From the NCBI GenBank assembly GCA_038231435.1, contig JBBRLJ010000030.1, forward strand, positions 8,087 through 72,086: DNA of 64,000 nucleotides, given 5' to 3'. This document shows, one piece after another, positions 57,835 through 64,000 of the stretch. The notes under the pieces are model-generated. The model ran no database searches and was not told the origin of the DNA. It was given only the letters and a program-made list of their open reading frames with translations. Positions within the stretch are counted from its first letter, which is position 1; the number at the start of each line of letters is the position of its first letter. The DNA comes from Planctomycetota bacterium. Its GTDB lineage: Bacteria > Planctomycetota > UBA11346. Position numbers and translations under genes: made by a program.

Positions 57835-58908
57835 ATGACCGAGCGGGAGGCCATGGATCACGATACGACGACGGCCCAGCCCGGCACCAGCGACTCCCTC
57901 AGGCGTCGGCACGTCCACCAGGCGGCTTTCGAGGCGACGCTGAAAGAGGTGTTCCTGGCCCAGCAGATCCAACTGGTCGAGCCGCTGGCCAAGGCCAGTA
58001 AGGAAACCTTGGTCTACGGCGGGCTGTACCACGGCGAGGAGGTCGCGGTCAAGATCTTCGTGCCCACGGTTGACGATGTCGGCGACGCGATCGCCGCCTT
58101 CGGCGCCTTCAAGGTCGAGTGCGAGAAGACCATGATCCTCTCGCGCCGCAGCAAGGCCATTCTGCAGGTGATCGAATACGGCGATGCCGACCTGCCGGTG
58201 GACCTCGCCGAGGAGCTGTCCGAGTTCTTCCCGATCAAGCTGTTGCCATTCATGATCACTGAGCGCGCGCGTTTCGGCAGCCTCGACCGGGTGCTCAAGC
58301 ACCGGCGTACGCTGCCAGGCTTCGACCGCGTCAGCCTGCTCGAGGCCCTGGCCTCGGCGACCGAGGGCATCAAGGAAGCGCACGACCACTTCGTCACCCA
58401 TCGCGACATCAAGCCGCAGAACATCCTGATCTTCGCGCCGGGTCAGGGCAAGATCGCCGACTTCGGCATCGCGCGCTGGCGCAGCCGGCGATCGAGCAAG
58501 GAGACGGTGCTGCTCACGCCCAAGTACGCGAGCCCAGAGCAGGCGTTCTGGGCGCTCACCGGCGAGAAGGAAAGCCTGGTCGATCCGCGCGGAGACGTCT
58601 ACAGCTGGGCGATCATGGTCTACGAGGTGGTCACCGGCAGCCATCCGTTCTCGTGGGCGATCAAGGGCATCAAGGATCCGCTGGTCAGCCAGCGTACGCT
58701 GCTGAAGGCGATCGCGGCCAACGATCGGCGCGGCTTCATCACCACCGGCGACATCACCTTCGACAGCCTGATCTACAATTGCACCTGCGATCTGAAGCAT
58801 CGCGTGTCGGATATCTCGCTGTCGAACCGCGTGCTGCGCCAATATATCCAGCGCCTGCGCATGCAGAGCCAGGAGAGCGACTCCCTGCCGGTGGCGACCT
58901 CGCGTTAG
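57835..58908 (+). CDS. Hanks-type Ser/Thr protein kinase, soluble
   Basis: VAVK, HRDIKPQN, DFG, TPKYASPE, DVYSW. Confidence 0.9.
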   Translation: MTEREAMDHDTTTAQPGTSDSLRRRHVHQAAFEATLKEVFLAQQIQLVEPLAKASKETLVYGGLYHGEEVAVKIFVPTVDDVGDAIAAFGAFKVECEKTMILSRRSKAILQVIEYGDADLPVDLAEELSEFFPIKLLPFMITERARFGSLDRVLKHRRTLPGFDRVSLLEALASATEGIKEAHDHFVTHRDIKPQNILIFAPGQGKIADFGIARWRSRRSSKETVLLTPKYASPEQAFWALTGEKESLVDPRGDVYSWAIMVYEVVTGSHPFSWAIKGIKDPLVSQRTLLKAIAANDRRGFITTGDITFDSLIYNCTCDLKHRVSDISLSNRVLRQYIQRLRMQSQESDSLPVATSR

Positions 58909-59063
58909 CTGCGGCCATTCTCATGGGGGATGCCAGCGTTGGCTCACCGCTCGCGGTTGCGCGGTAGGAAGACGACTACCGCTTCGGGATCGCCGCCTTG
59001 GCGTCACCCGTGATCCGGCGATAATGGTCCTCGCGGATTCTAGTGGTAAGAATTCGAGGAATA

Positions 59064-60017
59064 CTAGGCGATATCCCAGGGGAAAGCCATGGTTTCAGCG
59101 ACCGTGGCCAAGCCGAGGGCGAGCATGACGACGCGGTCGAAGCCGACGGCGACTCCAGAGCAGGCGGGAAGGCCAGCGGACATCGCGGCGTCGAAACGGG
59201 GGTCGCGGGCGAGCGATGCGTCAGCGCGTTGGGCGAGCTGCGCGTCGAGGCGGTGCCCGAGTTCGGCGGCATCGGTGAGTTCCCAGTAGCCGTTCGCGAG
59301 TTCCACGCCGTCACGGTAGATCTCGAAGCGCGCGGCGCAGTCGCGGCCATCGGCGCCGCGGCGCACGCGCGCCTGCGCGGCGCGTTCGGCCGGGTAGTCG
59401 TTGATCACGGTGAGGGTGCCGCGGCCGAGATGAGGCTCGACACGCGTGGCGAGCAGGAGATCGAGGAGCTCGCCGCGATCATGCGCGGCGGTGGCGGCCT
59501 CGCCGATGGCGCTGCGCAGTGCGGCGTCGTCTGCGGTGATCGGATCGAGCCGCGCGTGCTTCACGAATGCGTCGCGCCAGCTCAGGATCTCGTGCGCGGT
59601 GCCCCACGCTGCGATGGCGTCGAACAGCTCCAGCACCTCGCCGAGCAGCTGCGCGTCGCCCCAGCCTGGACGGTACCATTCGAGCATGCGGAACTCGGGC
59701 TGGTGGCGCGCTCCGCGCTCGTCGCGGCGGAACGCAGGAGCGAGCGTCCACAACGGCCCACGACCGGCCGCCACCAGGCGCTTGAGCGGATGCTCGGGAC
59801 TGGTGGGAAGGAAGCGCGCGGTGCGATCGACCTGGAGCGTGAACGGGGTGACTCCCGGATCGAGATTCGCGCCACCCTGCAGCACCGGCGTATCGACCTC
59901 GAGCACGCCGCGCGCGGCGAAGAAACGCCGCGTCGCGTCGACCATCGCCGCACGGCGGCGCAGCGTCTCGAAGGTCGCCCGTGGCCGCCACTCCGACGAT
60001 GCGCCGTGCGTGCTCAT
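59064..60017 (-). CDS. epmA: EF-P lysine aminoacylase EpmA (GenX/PoxA)
   Basis: LPTSPEHPLKRL, FRRDERG..HQPEFRMLEWY, ELANGY, GVAVGFDR; no anticodon domain. Confidence 0.93.
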   Translation of the reverse strand: MSTHGASSEWRPRATFETLRRRAAMVDATRRFFAARGVLEVDTPVLQGGANLDPGVTPFTLQVDRTARFLPTSPEHPLKRLVAAGRGPLWTLAPAFRRDERGARHQPEFRMLEWYRPGWGDAQLLGEVLELFDAIAAWGTAHEILSWRDAFVKHARLDPITADDAALRSAIGEAATAAHDRGELLDLLLATRVEPHLGRGTLTVINDYPAERAAQARVRRGADGRDCAARFEIYRDGVELANGYWELTDAAELGHRLDAQLAQRADASLARDPRFDAAMSAGLPACSGVAVGFDRVVMLALGLATVAETMAFPWDIA

Positions 60018-60279
60018 GCGTAATCGATCCGATATGGCGCGAGCCGAGAACCCGGTGGATGCTTCCGCCGTCTTCGAGCGATGCAGGGCAGAGCACGATG
60101 TCCGGAGGATCGCGAAGCGATTTCGGAAGCCTCCTTGGGCACCCGTCGGCGAGTCGTGGCCCACCGACTAGAAGCCGTGAACCAAAGGAAGCGATCGCCG
60201 TCCAAGCGGGATGGTCGCCGTAAAACGGATCCCATGGGAAGCACGGGCGCCGACCGAGGCTCGCGCCTGGTTCCCGTCC

Positions 60280-60846
60280 CTACTTCGCGCGTCCAGCGTA
60301 CTCGCGGGTCTGGGTGTTGATCATGATCATGTCGCCGGTGGCGACGAAGATCGGCACCGGGATCTCGGCGCCGGTCTGCAGCTTGGCCGGCTTCATCACC
60401 CGGCTCTGGGTGTCGCCCTTCACGGCGGGCTCGGTGTACTTCACTTCCATGGTGACGGTATTCGGCAGGCGCAGGGCGATCGGTTCGCCGTTCCACAGGG
60501 TCACCGAGACGTCCATGTTCTCGAGCAGGAAGTCCTTGTCCGCGCCCACCGCCTTGGCTTGCACGGTGATCTGCTCGAAGGACTGCTTGTCCATGAAGAC
60601 GTAACCGTTCGCATCCGAGTAGAGGAACTGCATCTCGGAGTCACTGACGTCGGCGCCTTCCACCTTCTCGCCGCCGCGCAGGGTCTTCTCGAGCGTGTTG
60701 CCGGTGAGGAGATTGAGTACGCGGATCTTGTAGAAGGCGTTACCCTTCCCAGGCTTCACGAAGTTGACCTCGAGCACCAGCCATGGAGCGTTCTCGAAGA
60801 TGAGCTTGGTGCCCTTGCTGACGTCGCCGATGTTCATGGTGCCCAT
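60280..60846 (-). CDS. efp: Elongation factor P
   Basis: VKPGKG loop, TEPAVKGDT, KPAKLQTG..VPIF. Confidence 0.96.
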   Translation of the reverse strand: MGTMNIGDVSKGTKLIFENAPWLVLEVNFVKPGKGNAFYKIRVLNLLTGNTLEKTLRGGEKVEGADVSDSEMQFLYSDANGYVFMDKQSFEQITVQAKAVGADKDFLLENMDVSVTLWNGEPIALRLPNTVTMEVKYTEPAVKGDTQSRVMKPAKLQTGAEIPVPIFVATGDMIMINTQTREYAGRAK

Positions 60847-60882
60847 GGAGTCCCCTCGGATGCCGGCGACGGGATCAGGCCG

Positions 60883-61935
60883 ATGATCGGCCGTCCCGGC
60901 GCGAATGAGGGCGACACGGTAGCGGGCTCTGCCGTGGGCGCCAGCGCTCGCGGGGAGCCGCGGTGGCAGGCGCTCCTCGCCCAGGCCATCCGCGATCCGG
61001 CGGAGCTCTGGCGCCTACTCGCCTTGCCCATGGACGCGCTCCCGGCCGCGCTGGCCTCGGCCCGTCTGTTTCCACTGCTGGTTCCGCGTGGCTTCGCGGC
61101 GTTGATGCGCTCCGGGGATCTATCCGACCCGCTGCTGCGACAGATCGTTCCGCTCGCTGAGGAGGCTTCGCCAGCCCACGGCTATTCGACGGATCCGCTG
61201 TTCGAATCCGGCTGCAGTCCAGTACCCGGACTCCTGCGCAAATACCGTGGGCGGGCCCTGTTGGTGACCACAGGCGCGTGCGCCGTCCATTGCCGCTACT
61301 GCTTCCGCAGGCATTTCCCCTACACCGATCTGCCCCGCGGCCGCCGCTGGTGGGACGCGGCACTGGAGGAGATCGCGCGCGATCCCAGCATCGACGAACT
61401 CATCCTCTCGGGCGGCGATCCCCTGATGCTGCCCGACGAGCAGCTGGCCGCCATCGCGCGGGATGCAGCGAACATCCCGCATCTGACGCGATTGCGCGTG
61501 CATTCGCGCTTGCCGGTGGTGCTGCCCGAGCGCGTCGACGCGGATTGCATCGACTGGCTGGGCGCCACGCGCCTGCATCCGGTGGTGGTCATCCATGCCA
61601 ATCACCCGCGCGAACTCGCGCCGGGCGTGGTGGGAGCGTGCTCCCGCCTGCGCGCCGCGGGAGTGCTGGTGCTCAACCAGTCCGTGCTGCTGGCGGGCGT
61701 CAACGACGCCGCGGCCATCATCGTCGAGCTGTCCGAGCGGCTGTTCGGTGCCGGCGTGATGCCCTACTACCTGCATGTGCTCGATCGTGTCCAAGGCGCG
61801 GCGCATTTCCTGGTCGAGGACGAGCGCGCCATGGGGATCATGCGCGACGTCGCGGCCGAACTGCCTGGATACCTGGTGCCCAGGCTCGTCCGCGAGCGGC
61901 CAGGCATGCCCGGCAAGGAACCGTTACATTGGTAG
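60883..61935 (+). CDS. epmB: EF-P beta-lysylation protein EpmB (radical SAM lysine 2,3-aminomutase)
   Basis: CAVHCRYCFRRHFPY, LSGGDPL, NQSVLL.GVND, PYYLH.LD.V.GAAHF, GYLVPRL. Confidence 0.94.
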   Translation: MIGRPGANEGDTVAGSAVGASARGEPRWQALLAQAIRDPAELWRLLALPMDALPAALASARLFPLLVPRGFAALMRSGDLSDPLLRQIVPLAEEASPAHGYSTDPLFESGCSPVPGLLRKYRGRALLVTTGACAVHCRYCFRRHFPYTDLPRGRRWWDAALEEIARDPSIDELILSGGDPLMLPDEQLAAIARDAANIPHLTRLRVHSRLPVVLPERVDADCIDWLGATRLHPVVVIHANHPRELAPGVVGACSRLRAAGVLVLNQSVLLAGVNDAAAIIVELSERLFGAGVMPYYLHVLDRVQGAAHFLVEDERAMGIMRDVAAELPGYLVPRLVRERPGMPGKEPLHW

Positions 61936-62055
61936 GGCTAGCCGCTTATACCCTGGTCCGTGCGCCTTTCCGGCGGGCTGTACACTCCACCTGATCGCTT
62001 CCTTCCAGATAGATCTCGCCAGCACCGGTCTCTTACGCTCGTACCTGGATATCCC

Positions 62056-63633
62056 ATGCACCCCACGCGCATTTTCCTCGCCATGCTGGTCGGCCTCGCG
62101 GCCCTGGGCGCCCAGGACGATCCGCAGTGGGTCATGCGTTCGCGCGTGTTCTGCGACGCGAAGGCGGGCGTGTCCTTCAGCTATCCGTACGCCATGTTTC
62201 CGATCGATCAGTACAAAGGCGACCTGAGGCGCGAGCGCACGCTCGAGACCTCGTACGAGAAGATCGAGGCTACCGACGACAAGGGCGTCAAGCACATCCT
62301 CCTGGTGCCCAAGGCGAGCAAGGACAAGGACGATGCTCCCGACATCCACGAATTCAGTTTCGGCCCCACGGAGCTGACGGAGTTCGGGAACGATCCGAAA
62401 CTGTCCGCGATCGGCGACCGCGAAGCCAAGGCCGAGCTGGGCTGGAAGGACTTCGAATACTACGGCGCTTCTCCGACGCGCCCGTTCGCCGATCCCAAGT
62501 GGGCCGATGATGGATTCGTCGCGATCATCGGCGAGGCGGATGCCAGGTGCGCCCTGGTGATCAAGCACGGAGAGCGCATCTCTGGCCTAGTGCTCAAGGG
62601 CAAGCTCGACAGCGACAATCGCAAGATCCTCGAATCGTTCGAGATCCTCTCTACCGGCAAAAAGCTGAAAAAAGGCGATAAACCAGAGAAAAAAGCGCGC
62701 CTGATCGATTGGCGAGAGTTCCACTGCCGTACCGGGAAGGTCGTCGATCCGTCGGGCAAGCTGTCCGCTCCCGGATTGAAGAATGAACCGGTCGCATGGA
62801 AGAACTCGTGGGAGATCGAGACCGAACACTACCACGTCACCACCGACTTCAGCCCGCAGCGGCTGCTGCAGCATGGACAATACGTCGAAGCCCTGTTCCG
62901 TGCCTACAGCAAGGTCTACGAGCCCGACGCCTTGCCGCCGTACAAGTTCGAGGTGCACATCTTCAATACCTATCGCGAATTCCAGACCGCGTCGGCGGCC
63001 CACGACAACGCGATCCCCAGCGGCCCGAACTCGATCGTCGGCGGCTTCTTCGTTCCGTCGCTGCTGTCGCTGTGGGTGTACGAGGAGAGCGGTGCGATCG
63101 GCGGGCCCGAGTTCAGCGTCGAGCACGTCATGGCTCACGAATGTTCGCACCAATTCCTGCACGTCACCTGCAACGGCAGCGATCACATCCCCACCTGGAT
63201 CAACGAAGGCCTCGCGGTGTACTTCGAATCCGGCGTCTTCCAGGGCGGCGAATTCCAGATCCGCTCGCCGACCGGGCGCATCAACGAGCTCAAGCGTGAT
63301 TATGAGCAGCTGAAATCGACGCTCAGCCCGCTCGACCAGTACCTCGACCACCACGGCTTCATCTCTGCCGCGGCCTATGGCGAAGTGTTCGCAATGACCA
63401 GCTTCTGGGTCTTCGGCACCTGCTCGCCGGACCCGACTATGTGCAAGCACAAGAGCTGCGGCCTGAAGCGTTTCCGCGAGTATTTCACCGCCCTGCGGCA
63501 CGGTGAGGATGGCGCCAAGGCCTTCGAGCGCATCTTCATGGACGACATGATCAAGGCCCAGGGGACGCGTGAGAAGGCCGTCGATCTGTGGCAGAAGGCG
63601 CTCATGGAGTACGTGGCCAACAAGCTCAAGTGA
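62056..63633 (+). CDS. Secreted zincin-like metallopeptidase (DUF1570-like)
   Basis: Signal peptide; ETEHY; HECSHQF..PTWINEGLA.YFE. Confidence 0.72.
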   Translation: MHPTRIFLAMLVGLAALGAQDDPQWVMRSRVFCDAKAGVSFSYPYAMFPIDQYKGDLRRERTLETSYEKIEATDDKGVKHILLVPKASKDKDDAPDIHEFSFGPTELTEFGNDPKLSAIGDREAKAELGWKDFEYYGASPTRPFADPKWADDGFVAIIGEADARCALVIKHGERISGLVLKGKLDSDNRKILESFEILSTGKKLKKGDKPEKKARLIDWREFHCRTGKVVDPSGKLSAPGLKNEPVAWKNSWEIETEHYHVTTDFSPQRLLQHGQYVEALFRAYSKVYEPDALPPYKFEVHIFNTYREFQTASAAHDNAIPSGPNSIVGGFFVPSLLSLWVYEESGAIGGPEFSVEHVMAHECSHQFLHVTCNGSDHIPTWINEGLAVYFESGVFQGGEFQIRSPTGRINELKRDYEQLKSTLSPLDQYLDHHGFISAAAYGEVFAMTSFWVFGTCSPDPTMCKHKSCGLKRFREYFTALRHGEDGAKAFERIFMDDMIKAQGTREKAVDLWQKALMEYVANKLK

Positions 63634-63738
63634 GGCGCCAGCATGGAGATCCAGGACAAGGCCCTGGAGACCGAGCACCCTTGGCCTCCTCGCAGGCGTG
63701 GCGTCGATAAGGCCTCGACACGACGGCAGTTGGTGGCC

Positions 63739-63767
63739 TTGACATGGCTTCGAGCCCTACATACTGT
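63739..63767 (+). promoter_or_regulatory. Sigma-70-type promoter
   Basis: TTGACA-N17-TACTGT; a second TTGACA at about 63866. Confidence 0.65.
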
Positions 63768-63774
63768 GCGACCC

Positions 63775-63986
63775 CCCTGATGGCATGGGACGCAGAATTC
63801 AAGAGCCCGAAAGGGCCCTAGGATTCGATGTCCCATAAATCGGGAGCCCGAATCATTCGGGCGCATTGACAAATCAATAGCTGTAGCAAGAGATGCATCC
63901 AATCGGCCGCTTCGGCGGCCGATGACGGAATCGATCCGCAAGGGTTGAGGAAGTCACCACCCCATGTCCTTCGGGACATGGGAGTG
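63775..63986 (+). ncRNA. Structured non-coding transcript or leader, identity unknown
   Basis: Consecutive stable hairpins with GAAA, TTCG, GCAA and TTCG tetraloops downstream of a consensus promoter. Confidence 0.45.
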
Positions 63987-64000
63987 AGCAATTAATAAAA

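Overview
High-GC bacterial chromosome segment, probably Planctomycetota/PVC (inferred from gene content only). It carries housekeeping genes (gltX 3' end, xerD, valS, prfB, gcvT, gatC-gatA, ispD, epmA-efp-epmB) mixed with accessory blocks: a five-gene cassette of very large prepilin-type proteins (5.6-14.4 kb); a minimal mlaE-mlaF-mlaD operon whose MlaD looks like a trans-envelope bridge; a four-helix-bundle gene behind inverted 8-mer arrays; a kaiC-kaiB-kaiB-PAS kinase-receiver module; and a secretin/PilMN/PilO-like operon. The best unannotated signal is a complete-looking ribosome-mediated attenuator upstream of valS: a 13-aa Val-rich leader peptide (MRAPTSVSVVVTT) with mutually exclusive 1:2, 2:3 and 3:4 hairpins and a U-tract. 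Also seen: a small dispersed palindromic repeat family, a consensus sigma-54 promoter ahead of phhA, a prfB without the usual +1 frameshift, and a strongly structured promoter-led non-coding region at the right edge. No tRNA, rRNA, CRISPR array or transposase was recognised. All product calls come from motif recognition by eye, not database searches.
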